Positions 17,718 to 35,286 of a stretch of DNA of 64,000 nucleotides are shown here, piece after piece. Location: the NCBI RefSeq assembly GCF_009914755.1, contig NC_060932.1; one strand, 5' to 3'. Below the pieces are notes generated by a model. It searched no databases and was not told where the DNA came from. It saw nothing but the letters and a program-made list of their open reading frames with translations. The DNA comes from the human T2T-CHM13v2.0 reference genome, Homo sapiens. Position 1 is the first letter of the stretch. The number at the start of each line of letters is the position of its first letter. The translations under genes were made by a program, and so were the position numbers.

Positions 17718-17918
17718 ACACAGGTGAAGCAGTTTCTAAGCTGTATCTATGCCCTCAAAAATGACTTTCTGCATTACCTTTATGAGTCTTTTTATTATTC
17801 AAAACATCCTCTTATCTAGCCAAGATGAACTTTCCCAACTGGCTTCAAACCACTTTTTTTATTACAGCGTCAGAGAACCTGGAAGTCATCTTTGATCATC
17901 TCCTGTTCCTTCAATCTA
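17717..17918 (+). repeat. Older dispersed duplication copy A (copy B at about 21553-21758)
   Basis: Colinear match with scattered mismatches (ctcaaaaatgactttctgca...gtcagagaacctggaagtcatctttgatcatctc). Confidence 0.9.
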
Positions 17919-18552
17919 CTTTAGTTTGATAAGCATGGGTTTCAGTTAACATTGCACCATGCAAAGTGAGGAATAGCTGGAGTTTAGTTTGAGATAAGAC
18001 AGGGTGGAACATCTGTTGGGCAATGGTAATACACTGAATTACTAGTATTAAGCTGCATTTTGGAGCATTTTGAAAGCTAGTAACAAGATGTCAGTTTCGG
18101 CATGACGGGATTTTAAGGTACCCCCATGACATCTTTTTGCTGTTAAGTGATGTCTCCTTGATGCTGCTGAAAGTAGGAATGGTAGGTGGGGCGATGTTTA
18201 CTGTGTTAAGGCATTTACCCATTAAATATAAGTCACATATTAAAGGCCGCATAGATGTATTTTTAGTTCATTGGATAATTTAGCACAACTTATTAAAATA
18301 GTAGTTAAGAGCCTGGGAACCAGAAAAGGCTAGCACAGTTCAAATCCTATCTCGGCTGAATCACCTTAGTTGGGCAAGTCACTATCAGATTTGTTGAAAA
18401 GCTTAAACGAGTTGATATTTGCACAGAACTTACAGCACTATGCCATTCATGCAGTGAGTGCCAAATAAATGTGAGCTTCTGCTTGCTATCTCAGTGGCAG
18501 GTTCTTGGAATACACAGATAATACGTCTTTGCCCTCCAGCTGGAATTATTTA

Positions 18553-18805
18553 TAGTAGTCTCCCCTTATCCCCAGCTTTGCTTTTCGAGGTTCTAGTTAC
18601 CTGTCGTCAGCCTCGGTGCAAATTTTATCATCTCACACCGTCAGAAGAGTTAGTACAGTACAATAGTACAATAAGAGATTTAGAGAGAGACAGACTACAT
18701 TCATGTAACACAATACAGTACATACAGGGTTCAGTACAGTCCACGGTTTCAGGCATCTACTGGGGATCTTGGAGCGTATCACTGGTGGATACGCGGGGAC
18801 TCCTG
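18553..18805. mobile_element. MER44A-like DNA transposon
   Basis: TIRs tagtagtctccccttatcc / ggatacgcggggactcctg flanked by TA. Confidence 0.75.
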
Positions 18806-19559
18806 TATAGTAGTCATTGCTTCCTCAAAGCTGAAGTTAATGTTGTTTACTCCATCTGATAAGCCCTAGTTCTCTCCATCTACCTAAATCCTCATCATTC
18901 CTTAGGACTGCTGCTTCTGTGATCATCTCAGGTTGCGCCAATTCTCACACATCTTAGTATACTGTGAACATCTGAGACAAGTCTGAATCATTTAATACAG
19001 CAATGCACTATGTTTCATTGGTACTCTAAGCTATTGTCTGCTGTGTATCTTCCTATGCACCTTTACCTGCCTGCACTTAGCACATGCCTAATGATTTTGC
19101 TACCCCCATGACATCCCGTATACAGAATAATGCAGGATGTTATTGTGATTAAGGGTACAGAATTAGAAGTCACATGGCCTAAGTTTTAATTTCGGCTCCA
19201 CTAACATAAAAACTTACAGGAAGTCACTGAACTAATAGTGTTGGTTTCCTCATATGTAAAATGGGGTAACACCTCTACATCATGGGGTTAATAAAGTTGT
19301 TGAAACTAGCTTACTGTATTTTTAATAATGATTTAACTCTTCACGCAAAGAAATTTTAATAACCCGCACAGATTTCAAAAATGCTCTGTAACTTTCCAGA
19401 ACCATACAAAAACCAAAGGAATCCTTCAGAATCAGAAAGCATTAAAATCTGTATGAAAATACAATGTGCTCTTTGATATTTTATGTAAAAATCATTCTAT
19501 ATATTTCAAGAAGGTGGTCATGCTCCACTGGAATGAACTGAATACAAACGCGTCTTTCT

Positions 19560-21018
<1,459 letters not shown>

Positions 21019-21552
21019 TAAGAAAAATAGTTTCTCCAAGCTCGTAAGATCATAGTTGAAATAAAATTCTAGAACAAAAACCTATACTACTAATTTTTTT
21101 ATGCTTCCACTTTTGTATTCAGAGGTGGCTCTTTTTCATGGAAGTGTATGTTGTATAGCTAATGATGGAACACAGTACTAGGCAAACTACATCCATACTT
21201 ACCCTACTGCCTGCAATAATTTTTTAAAAAAATTAAAACCAATAAGTGGCTGACTCCTTTTGAAAAAAATCTTGCTAAATATTTCAATTATCTTTGACTT
21301 AGATAATGTTCCATGCAAAGTTTGATTATTCAAGATAGTCCCTTCCAGACTATAAGCTCTAAGAGAACAGAAACTATGTCCTTCTGATAGCCCCTCCCCG
21401 TACCATAGTTTCTAGAACATAGCAGGCACTCAATAAACAATGTGTTATTAGTTGGATGGATTCTAATATTAATTCCTTTATCATGTCTTTTGCTGATGCT
21501 GCTGTAAGACTACCAAAGACACTGTAATAAAATCTACCTGCAAAATTTTTGA

Positions 21553-21758
21553 AACACAGGTTCAAGCATCATCTAAGCTATATCTATGCTCTCAAAAATG
21601 ACTTTCTGCACTATATTTATGAATCCTTTCATTATTCAAAATGTCCTCTTATCTAGTCAACATGAACTTTCCCAAGTGGCTTCAAACCACTTTCTTTATT
21701 AAATTAAGTCAGAGAACCTGGAAGTCATCTTTGATCATCTCTTGCTTCCTCAAGCTAC
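21553..21758 (+). repeat. Older dispersed duplication copy B
   Basis: Matches 17717-17918. Confidence 0.9.
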
Positions 21759-22520
21759 ACATAAAACTCATCACTAAGTTCTGCTGATTCCAACTCCAAA
21801 ATATATCTAAATCCATCCACTTCTCTCCCATTTCTACCACCACCCCTCTAGTCCTAGCTAACATCTTCTCTCATCCTGATCACTGGAAAAGCCTGCAAAG
21901 TGGTTTCCCAGCTTCCACTCTTGCTTAATTCTAAACCACTCTTTATGTAGTAGCCAAGAAAAACCATTTTTTAATGAAACAGATCTTGCTGTTTCCTTGC
22001 TAAAAACCATTCAATGTCTTCCCACTGCAATTATGATAAAAACCCCAATTCTAACTTCTGGCCTCAGTCTATTTCCCCAGCTTCACCTTATGCAACTCTT
22101 CTGTTCACTGTATTTGAGTTACACTGAACTTCAGTTCCTTAAGTTTATCAACCTCTTTCACACCCTTAGACGTTTACATAGGCAATCCACTTGTCTCTGA
22201 AATGTTCTTCTCTAGCTCTTTACTCTGCTGACTTTTGAATACTCTTTTGGAACTATGTATAAATTGTTACTTCTTCAAAAGTCTTCCCTTCTCATAAACA
22301 CTCCAACCCCAACCCTCAGCAAGGTAGCCCAGCCCGTCAGAACCCCTCACTGCATTCTCATTTCCTTCCGACTATCAGTTTGTAAGTACAGTTTTATTTT
22401 TATGAGTGTTTATTATCTGTTTGTGAAACTAAAAGCTTCATGAAGGCAGAGTCTGTGTCTTTTTGTTTGCCCTATAGTTCTGGTACCAAGGCAGGTGCAT
22501 GATGCTAAATGAATAAGCCT
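21710..22520 (+). mobile_element. L2 fragment
   Basis: L2 3'-region motifs (aatccatccacttctctcccatttctaccac, aagcttcatgaaggcagagtctgtgtc). Confidence 0.6.
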
Positions 22521-22914
22521 CATGGAGAAATAGCACCATCATCAGAATTTCAGTGCACTGCCAACAAAAATAAGCATGAACTAGACTTCCAAGATCTAGC
22601 TGTTTATTTCCTTGGTGCCAATACACACACAGACAATGCTGAGTTTAATCAAATGCTGGAAAGAAACATAGGATTAGCCCGATTACTGTCAATAAGCATT
22701 TACACTGTCTCCCCGAGCCTCAGCAGGGCTCAGCAACCCGTTTAACTCTCTTTGGTCATCCTTCTTGCACCTTTCTATTATTTCAACTCCTGCCCCATTT
22801 CTCCCAGAAGAAAATTTCATTCAATATCCATTCATTAAACAAATATTTACTGAGTCTTTACTATATTCCAAGTACTCAGTAGATAGCAGTGACCAAAAAG
22901 AAAGGCCTCGTTCT

Positions 22915-23552
22915 CACTTTTACACTGTTGGTGGGACTGCAAACTAGTTCAAGAATCATGGAAGACAGTGTGGCGAATCCGCAAGGATCTAGAACTAGAA
23001 ATACCATTTGACCCAGTCATCCCATTACTGGGTGTATACCCAAAGGATTATAAATCATGCTGCTATAAAGACACATGCACATGTATGTTTATTGCGGCAC
23101 TATTCACAATAGCAAAGACTTGGAACCAACCCAAATGTCCAGAAATGATAGACTGGATTAAGAAAATGTGGCACATATACACCAGGGAATACTATGCAGC
23201 CATAAAAAAGGATGAGTTTATGTTCTTTGTAGGGACATGGATGAAGCTGGAAATCATCATTCTCAGCAAATTATTGTAAGGACAAAAAAACCAAACACCG
23301 CATGTTCTCACTCATAGGTGGGAACTGAACAATGAGAACACATGGACACAGGAAGGGGAACATCACACACCGGGGCCTGTTGTGGGGTGGGAGGAGGGGG
23401 GAGGGATAGCATTAGGAGATATATCTAATGTAAATGACGAGTTAATGGGTGCAGCACACCAACATGGCACATGTATACATATATGTAACAAACCTGCACG
23501 TTGTGCACATGTACCCTAAAACTTAAGGTATAATTTAAAAAAAAAAAAAAAA
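22915..23552 (+). mobile_element. L1PA (about PA4-6-like) 3' end, 5'-truncated
   Basis: ORF2 C-terminus (ORF 22968..23279), 3'UTR and polyA. TSD aagaaaggcctcgttctca on both sides. Confidence 0.92.
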
Positions 23553-23569
23553 GAAAGGCCTCGTTCTCA

Positions 23570-24270
23570 AGGCACTTACATTCTAGAAATAAAAAATTTA
23601 AATTCAAGAGGTGGTAGGTACTATGCAGAAAAAGCAGGCAGGTCAGGGGATAGAGTGACACAATGGGCTGTAAGCTATTTTCGTGTGGATATGAGCAAGA
23701 CCTAAATGGAATGGGCAGTGAACCTACTAAATCATCGACTCTAGAGGAAGGGCCATCGAGGCAAGGTGCAGCGACTGCAAAGGCCCAAGGCAGGCATGCT
23801 TGGTGTGTCTGAGGAAGAGGAGGCGGCTGTGGCTGGAGTAGCCTGAGAGCAAAAAGAGCAGCCAAAGAGGGAGGCAGGCACAAAATCATATACAGCCTTG
23901 GAGATGAGAGAACAGACTCTTTTTTTTTTTTTTAATTCTAAAGAAGACTGTAAGACATGAAAGGTTTTCTAAGCAAGGAAGTGGTATAATCCAACCTACG
24001 TTCAAAAATAATTACCCTGGCCGCTGTATGAAGAAAATAGACTAGAGAGTGGGGTGGTGGCAAAAGCAGAAGCAAGTTTAGTCTGGAGGCAATTATAGCA
24101 GCCTAAGCCAGAGATGACAGTGGGTTGGCAGTAGCAAATACAGACATATTCTGAAGGCAGAACCATTAGGATTTGCTGATGGACTGAATGTGAAGTATGA
24201 CAGAGAAAAAAAAAATCAAGATGACATCTCTGTGGGCCTAAGCAAGTACAGGATAGAGCTACCATTTACT
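23570..24270 (-). mobile_element. L2 fragment (minus), interrupted by the L1PA at 22915
   Basis: Purine-rich antisense L2 motifs (ggcaggcatgcttggtgtgtctgagg, ggatttgctgatggactgaatgtg). Confidence 0.6.
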
Positions 24271-24299
24271 CTTGTTCACCACTAAAAGCCAGAATCTAT

Positions 24300-25150
24300 G
24301 GCTACAACAGTAAGAGCCTAGAACATCTTGCTGTGGCCAGAAGTAAATAAAAATGATGATGATGTGTTAAAAGGACAGAGGAGCTTCTAGAAAGGAGTTC
24401 CCCTCTGCCTAAATTTGGAACAATTTAAGCATCAAAATAAATACTAATAGCAATGGATTATAACCATAAAATAATCTATGAGTTTAAACAAAATGAATAA
24501 ACAAATAGGAAGAAGAAAAAGCTTCTCCTTACAATAGAATGCCAATTAATAAATGGCAAAGAAATGATAGAATTAGAAAATAATGTTTGGCCACCAACAA
24601 AGTAAATGATTCAGGCAAAAATCATCTCTGGATGCTAAATGTGGTAGATAAAAGTTTGATGAAAAACAGGTTATCTGCATTTCTGTCTCAAAGTATGTCC
24701 CCCCAAGATACTTAATTATAGGTAGAAAGCAATGTTAGAGAAGAAACATGGATACCACCTAAACCAGGTGGTCACTGTTAGCAGCACTTGTGATGAGAAC
24801 TTGGATATTACATGCCTTCTGATGTGACACACTGAGGAGGACACAGCACACCTGTGGAATTTTCTAATCATGAAAAATAAAACAAGCTCAAAGTGATGAC
24901 ATTCTATAAATGACCTGTGCACTTCAAAACTGTCAAGGTCATGAAAGATAAAGACTGAGGAACTGTTCCCAATTGGAAGGAGACTAGAGAGACGTGACAA
25001 CTAAATTAGATAATAGTACTTAATTTGTGTTAAATTCCTGATTTGATGATTGGACCATGGTCATGTATGAGAACATTTCTGTTTTTAGGAAATACACACA
25101 AAAAATTAGGAGTAAAGGGATATTAACACATTATGTCTGCAACTTACTCG
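24300..25150 (+). mobile_element. Old L1M (L1MC/ME-like) 3' region
   Basis: aaactgtcaaggtcatgaaagataaagactgaggaactgttcc motif. Confidence 0.6.
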
Positions 25151-25534
25151 GGAGGAGAAAAAAAAATTCTTTCAGTCAGGAAGAACATAACTACTGCCTC
25201 CTTTCAGTTCCCACTGAAGTCCATGTAGATTTCTACTAGAGTACCTATAATAACTCACTAGCATGAAAGGAAACAAGCTTTGAGGGCAACCTGCCCAAAG
25301 GAGAAGTTAGTAAATGACAGATCAAGACTTGAACCCAGATCCACCTGAATCAAAGCCAATATTTTGTTAAATCATAATACAGCAGAATGCTGAGTAAATG
25401 CGTGCTGAGTATTTGTACTGCTGTTTTATTTTTCCAAAAGTACTCACATAATGACCGACATCAACAGTCTATTCACCACCACTGGGTCTCTTAATATGAA
25501 GAGTTTTCCCTAGAACCCTCGGCATCAGCCTTAG

Positions 25535-25909
<375 letters not shown>

Positions 25910-26241
25910 TAAATGAACATAATCTGGAAGAGCCTTTATGATCTAGCCCCTGCACTTTTCCAACCTCACCTCCTGCCATTCTCCACACCCTATATTCTTT
26001 ATCCTGAGCCATTTTAATTCCCACAATTAAGCATGTTTTCCCCTATCTTCAAGTCTATTCCACCTTCACTTCTGTTCCTTCTGATTATATAAGAACCAAC
26101 TCCCTACATATCCCTTTAAGGGATATGTACAACTCCTACATATCCTTTAAGGCCCCTCAATGAATCCTCCTCTGACCTCCCCAGGCAGAAGTAGAAGCTG
26201 GCTTCCCTATTCTCCCAAAACATCAAGTATTCTATAATTGA

Positions 26242-26679
<438 letters not shown>

Positions 26680-26933
26680 TAATAAATATAGGTGTTTTAT
26701 CACTCATGAGAAGCTTGTTTTTTGTTTGTTTTTGGTCAAATCCCAAATTCTTCTTCATACAGTAAGACAAAAAATAAACCAAGCTTATTTAATATTGATA
26801 GTCAAAGCCATGTGCTTATCTGCAAAACCAAAGCAGTTATCATGGGTTTGAAAGGAATATTATAAACAGCAGAACTACATATACACACAAACCACAACTA
26901 TTCTGAGATTAGGCAAACTGCTGTTACTGCTTA

Positions 26934-27149
<216 letters not shown>

Positions 27150-29295
27150 TCACATGTTAACTGTCCCCAGATTAATACATGAACTAGAAAAAATTTCAGG
27201 TCTTTATTTCAATTTGAAGAACTTAATATATAACGAAGAATATAGCATTAAACTGACTCTTAGAAGAATGCTACTCAATAAATAATATTTATGTATTAAA
27301 TCTGCCTTATAGTGGAAATCCTGAATTGTCTTAAAGCTTCCTAAAAATATTATATAACTAAATTTAAACTTCATTAAAGATTACATTTTAATACACAGAA
27401 AGGCAGACAGAAAAATGATATAAGGAATATAAATTTCATTTTGAAATAGTATAAATTTGACACTTTTAGTATAGGTTTAATGCATCAACGTTCAAAAAAA
27501 CCTCTTGAGTAGCTACCTTAACTGATGTCAGCAGTACTAACTCCCATCACATTCTGGGTGCCCTTTTAAAGTTAAAGCACAAACTTTAAAACACTGTCCT
27601 TTTAAAGCACAAACTCTATTTACCCAGATGATAATCATCTGGGTAAATATGAAAACGTATGATAATTATCTACTAAATGATGGAACTTCCTCAAGTTGGC
27701 AAAAAACTAGTGAAGAGAGTATTTGGGACTTATGAAGATCATTATCCTTTGCATTTGAAGATGACACTGCTGTTGGGCTCATTTGCTCTCTTTATAAGTA
27801 TGGCTGAAAAGACCAATTGGTGACAGTTCTCAAGTCAACTGCACATATGGGCCATCTGTTATTAACTTAACACAAGAAGAAAAAAGTCAAGGACTCACTG
27901 TTGACAACATTCTCAAACTGGAAGAAAAAAGTACAATCTAAAGGTACTATGTGACTTTAATGCCCCCTAGTGCATGATGCATGCACCTCTCTAATACAGC
28001 ATTCGGTACTTAAACTTTATAATTCATAAAGAAAATGACAGAGCCTATTAAAGCAAACGCTCACACCACTGTCAAAAATTCAATATTGGTTCTCCATATA
28101 CTTGATACACTTGCTCTAACAATTTCTATTTCAAAAGCTTTCTAGTAGATTCTTCTAATAAACCGTCTCCAGTACAAATGGTTAATTCAAAAATGTCTTT
28201 CATTAGGATTTGCTCTGAGATTCTTTCCTAGTTTAATCTAAACGGATTGCATATTTTCTTAGATAAACATGCTCAGATCAGGAACTTATCTACAGGTTGA
28301 TAAAGACATGAAGAGTCTTGAATGCTTAAAGAGTAATTAGTTGATCATCACTATGGTAAAAGACCAATCAATAAAGCATACAAAGGGGACTCTGACAATT
28401 ACAAGGACTTTCTCTCCTGCACTGGACAATCAACCACGAATGAGAGCAGTGAATACACTCTCCCTCACCAAGGAGACATTCAGGGAGGAAACCAAGGTCA
28501 GGGAATTCTCTTGTAGTAGATGAGACACTACACCTCTGGCCCTTGTGGTCCAAAAGAGTTCATTCTCATTCTACTTTCTTCAAGCCCTTTCTACTTCCTT
28601 CACAGGGTTAGTATCTCTAAATTCAAGGCTCAGCAATAAGACTATTTTAAGCTTTAATTTATTGGACAGTTAATCAAATTCTTCTCCTCTGACTTGAATG
28701 ATTTGCCACATTATTAAGTCCTCTCCACAGATGTTTTCTACTTTGAAAATTAGGGAACTTAGCCTGATACATAAGCAGCCTGGAGCTGTGGTTCTGTCTC
28801 TCCCTTTTTAAGTGCAATCCATGACTTACAACTATATTTGTCAAGATCTGAAGTAGAAAAGTCAATGACCTCATCACATCTGCAAATATTTTGGTCTTTT
28901 TTTTATGCTTAGATCAACAGCATTTCACCCAGTTCTATTCTTTCCAGTTTCCTTCCTGGAATAAGCAGGCATCATAACATTCACCATATGATTTCTTTAG
29001 TAATTTGTGAAATGTAAAGTAATCCTCAAGGTTACACCCCAAGTTTCTCTAGGCAGATTCTTTGTGGTTCTACAAAAAAGCAGCTTCCTTTTGCCTAAGA
29101 GTTCCTACTGTCCCATTCTGCAACTTTATTTCCATCCTCTAAATTCCTGCCACAGTTATCACCTCAGTATCATCTACATGTTTTTTCAATGTGTTCTTAT
29201 ATTCTATAACCAATTGTTAATAATCAAATATAAATCCATTATAGATAATTAGTGTTATCCCGAATAATACATGTACAGAATACTATTTGTTTCTA

Positions 29296-29643
<348 letters not shown>

Positions 29644-30609
29644 TTAAACAGGGGAAAGGGTAAGTATTAAAAAAGATACTTGTAAGGTTCCTTTTTAATA
29701 CATAACATATAATTAGTAAGTAACCTACAGCTTTATTAAAATCTATATTATTAAGAATATTCTGCAAACTATAAATAGTACTCTGTGAATGAAAATTAAT
29801 ATTATTATTAGAAACATCTATTGCCAGGAAGCCTACTTATAGTGCAAAGAATGACAGGCCAGGAGTCAGAAGACTTGTTCTAGTCATAATTCTCTCTTAC
29901 TAGCTGTACGACTTGGACAAATCACATTTTTTCTAAACATATGTCAGTGCCTTCATCTGTAAAATGAGAACTGGACTAAGAACAACTAAGATCCTTCCAG
30001 GTATAAAGTTCTACTACACTGTGATCTCTGCACCAACTGAAAGTTATACTTTTATCTCTAAAACACAAGGATGGGTTATTCTTCGAAGGCCAGGAATCAA
30101 AAGATCATTTTATAGGAAAATCAAAGCTTGATTTAAGATTTTGAATATAGACTACAATATTGGTTCTGTACATTTCAGGCTGCTAATGCCCATTCATTTC
30201 AGTTATATCACCTTCAAGATAGTCTTACGTGTAAAAAAAGTAAGTAAAACTTTTGATAATAAAGGGAGGTTGACAAGCCTGAAGACGTTTACATATCATC
30301 AAAGGTGAGTTACTACAGACATTTTTAAAAAGACAAAACTAGCTACTGAATCTTGCCCCACCTCCTCCAGACATAGCCCAGCTTTCTAGTCCACAATTTC
30401 TGATTTCTGCTAATAGATGAAAACATTCAAATTATTTTACATCCAAAGAACACAAAAATGGGACTTAGCCATCACCTCAATAGGAAGAACCTATCCAGTG
30501 ATTTGTACACCTAATAGATATTAACAACTGAGACAAGATCAGGAGAGTGACATGTGAAATGTCACAGTAACAACTTTTTCTTTCCTGTTTTTATATAAGA
30601 GAAGCAACA

Positions 30610-30832
30610 TAAAGCAATGGTTAAGAGTCAGACTTTGGTGCCAGACTACTCGGATTTTCATCCCAGTTCAACATTTACTATGCCTTAGTTTCTTCCTTTG
30701 AAAAATGAAAGTAACAGCAGCAGCTATATTTCACTGGGTTGTTGGCAGAATTAAACAATTCAATGCATATAAAGCACTTAGAATAGTGTCTGGCACTTAT
30801 TAAGGGCTGAATAAGTGTTAGCCATTATTATT
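30610..30832 (+). mobile_element. MIR
   Basis: ggttaagagtcagactttgg ... aaagcacttagaatagtgtctggcac. Confidence 0.75.
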
Positions 30833-30948
30833 ATATAAAAGTGCCAGATATGACAATGGAATTTTTTTCATAGAGAAAACAAGTGAATCCTACACTATAG
30901 AGAAGACCCTATCCTTTTCTCCCCTCACCTTGCCACAAGTACAACTTA

Positions 30949-31143
<195 letters not shown>

Positions 31144-31238
31144 TCAGATAGTCTTAAGTCAGGATCTTAACTTTTTCAGGTAAAAGACTGTCATTAGAAA
31201 ATCTGATGAATACCCCCTCCAATCCAAAATAAACATTA

Positions 31239-31625
<387 letters not shown>

Positions 31626-31664
31626 TTAAACACACAAGAAAGGAGTCCTAAGGAAATGTTTCTT

Positions 31665-31881
31665 GACTGGGCACAGTGGCTCATGCCTGTAATCCCATCA
31701 CTTTGGGGGGCTGAGGTGGGCGGATTACCTGAGGTCAGGAGTTTGAGACAAGCCTGGCCAACATGGTGAAACTGCATCTCTACAAAAAACATTAGCTGCA
31801 AGCCAGGCATGGTGGCTCACGCCTGTAATCCCAACACTTTGGGAGGCCAAGGTGGGCTCCAGCCTGGGCAACAGAGTGAGA
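31665..31881 (+). mobile_element. Composite Alu: left arm plus a second left-arm start fused to an Alu 3' end
   Basis: Two ggctca..cctgtaatcccA starts, then a jump to ctccagcctgggcaacagagtgag. Confidence 0.8.
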
Positions 31882-32026
31882 TTCCAACTCCAAAAAAAAA
31901 ACCTTTCTTAGGACTCTTAGAAGGCCCCTTGCTCAGACTTCACATAAATGGAAAAAGTGGGTATTTATTCTTTAGTATTTATAAATTGAAGACGTTTCAA
32001 AAAGTAACAATCAGTAAGTGAATTCA

Positions 32027-32285
32027 GGCTGGGCGCGGTGGCTCATGCCTGTAATCCCAGCACTTTGGGAGGCCGAGGTGAACAGATCACTTGAGGCCAG
32101 GAGTTCAAGACGAGCCTGGCCAACATGGCAAAACCCCATCTCTACTAAAAATACAAAAATTAGCCAGGTGTCGTGGTACGCCTGTAGTCCCAGCTACATG
32201 GGAGGCTGAGGCAGAGAATCGCTTTGAACCTGATAGGTGGAGGCTGCAGTGAGCCAAGATCCTGGGCGACAGAGTGAGACTCCAT
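32027..32285 (+). mobile_element. AluS, tailless with a small internal deletion
   Basis: Alu consensus with TSD taagtgaattca. Confidence 0.88.
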
Positions 32286-33133
32286 GGGTGAGGGGGTGGA
32301 ATAAGTGAATTCAAGTAAAAACCTAAAGTGTTAACATGACTACAAAGTACGGTTAAGTCATTTTCTATCAACAGGAAATTTTTTTCCAAACAAATATTAT
32401 GAAATATCCTATAGGCATTTTACTTAAGAAGCCTATAAATTATAAAATCAGAGTTAAAATGGAATTTGTGATAGGACAAAAAGAGGGGTCTGGCTGAAGT
32501 TTTTTTTAAAGAACCTATAAGCATATGAATATGGAAGTCCAACCATGAGGCAACTATGCCCAAACTAAATACCTCTCAATGAACAGGAATCAAAAGAAAA
32601 GAGTAACATTAAGCTGCGCCCTTACAATCTGGACACTTATTTGTTCAGAATGTATTTCATTAAAACAACAACAACAACAACAAAAAACCTTTTTATTTCA
32701 TAAAGTATTTCATAAAAAGGTTTTTTTTTTAAGTTTTGAATAAACCATATCTCTATAGCTCTAGGGCCCTCAAAAGTGCTAAGCAGTGATATAATCAACA
32801 CGACCTAATACTATTTTATTTCCTCCTTTCAATAAAGAGATATTTCAAGATATATTTAAGGCAAGTATTTTATCTTCTAGCTAGAGACTGGCAAATATGT
32901 ATAAATGAACCACTTCACCATTGATGGATGCCTAGATATTGAAAATAACAATAAATCCGTATCATGTAAGAATGTTAAGATGCCCACTCAGAAAGACTAT
33001 CCCCCCACCTTTTAAGGTGACAGTTCTCTTCCTACTTATACAACCTCAAAAAGAAAGATCCAATTATTATTTCATTTAACAAAGTAGATAAAATGTGCTT
33101 TCACTAACATCCTCCTTTATATTCCCAGTTTTA

Positions 33134-33235
<102 letters not shown>

Positions 33236-33345
33236 CTATTAGAAAAAAGAAAGGACAGTTTTGCTTAACCTTATGAAGCAGAAACATGTTACGATCATGA
33301 CTGCATAAAACCTAGAAAGCTTCAGGGATCTTAAAAAAAGAGATA

Positions 33346-33691
<346 letters not shown>

Positions 33692-34128
33692 CTATGTAAA
33701 TAGAGTTAGCAAAAAGTTATGTTCCAGCCAATCTTTGATAAAGAACTAAAGTTTCATTAGTTTCAAGTATATCCAATAACCAGAAATAAGCTAACCCTGG
33801 TCTGCTTTAATAATGAGAAAAGGGCGACTTGTAATTAATATATCAACTGACCATCCTAAATGAATGCCTCTGTACTGCTCAAAGAAATTTGGGGAGTATT
33901 TCTTTAATGTGGCTTAGTCTCTCTGCAAATATATAATTAAGTGCTTTACAAATTACCTAGACATAACTGAAGTCTAAATTAGCAAGCATTCTAAACTAAT
34001 GACATGTAGTTTAAAGAGACTACCGGCTATTCTAAATGCTACTGGACCAAGTGTCTGAAAAATAACCAGTCATACTTAGATGAAAATGCTGGTCGTACAT
34101 TCTACTACTAAATGAAACACCCATATTA

Positions 34129-34281
<153 letters not shown>

Positions 34282-34769
34282 TCATGAATGAAACAATCAA
34301 GAACTATTTTGCTATTATAGTACTAAAGAAATGATGTAGAAAAAGGCAATCATCTTAAATACAAAATATATATCAAATAAAGCAAGATGCACCAGGAAGC
34401 CTGCCACACATTTCTCATCAGGACTTGGCACCACAATTCAGTTTTATTAATGTTAAAGAGAAGTTAGGACCCCTCCCCACAATTTGATTATTAAAAAAAA
34501 CTTGACAAACTCCAAACTTTTATTAAGCCTACATCAAAGCATTATGTGTGTACATATCCGGTATATATGTATATATATGAATACATATATGTTCATATAT
34601 GAGAAATGCTCATATATGCATTACTGAATATACAAAAAAGCTGTTTACACTGATAACATCCTAGAAAACTGAGCTATATATATCAAGAAGGATTTTATGT
34701 CTCAGTTTATACCCTTTTGTGCTGTCATTTTTTAAATGACAATGTTTTACTTTTGTAATTTAAAAAATA

Positions 34770-35286
34770 CAGTTAGTCCCCTTATCCGCAGTTTTGCTTT
34801 CTGAGGCTTTAGTTACCCACAGTCTACTGCAGTGTGAAAATATTAAACAAGCAACTCCTAAGTTTTAAGCCGCACACTGTTCTGAGTAGCATAATGAGAT
34901 CTGCTGTCCCAGCTGGGCTGCGATCACCCACACTGCATACACTACCCATTTGTTAGTCACTTAGTGGTTGTCTGGGTTATCAGACTGTTGCTGGTATCAC
35001 CATGCTAGTGTTATTATCATGCTTGTGTTGGAGTCACCCTTATTTTACTTCATAATGGTCCCAAAGCACAAAACTAGTGATGGTGGCATGTTGTTATAAT
35101 TGTTCTATTTTGTTATCTATTATTCTTAACCTCTTACTGTGCCTAATTTATAAATTAAACTTTATTATATGTATGTATGCACATGCACAGGGAAAAACAT
35201 AGCACCATATACAGAGTTCGGTTTTATCCAAGGTTTCAAGCATCCACTGGGGGTCTTGAAACCTCCAAGAATAAGGGGGACTCCTG
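34770..35286. mobile_element. MER44B-like DNA transposon
   Basis: TIRs cagttagtccccttatcc / aataagggggactcctg flanked by TA. Confidence 0.75.
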
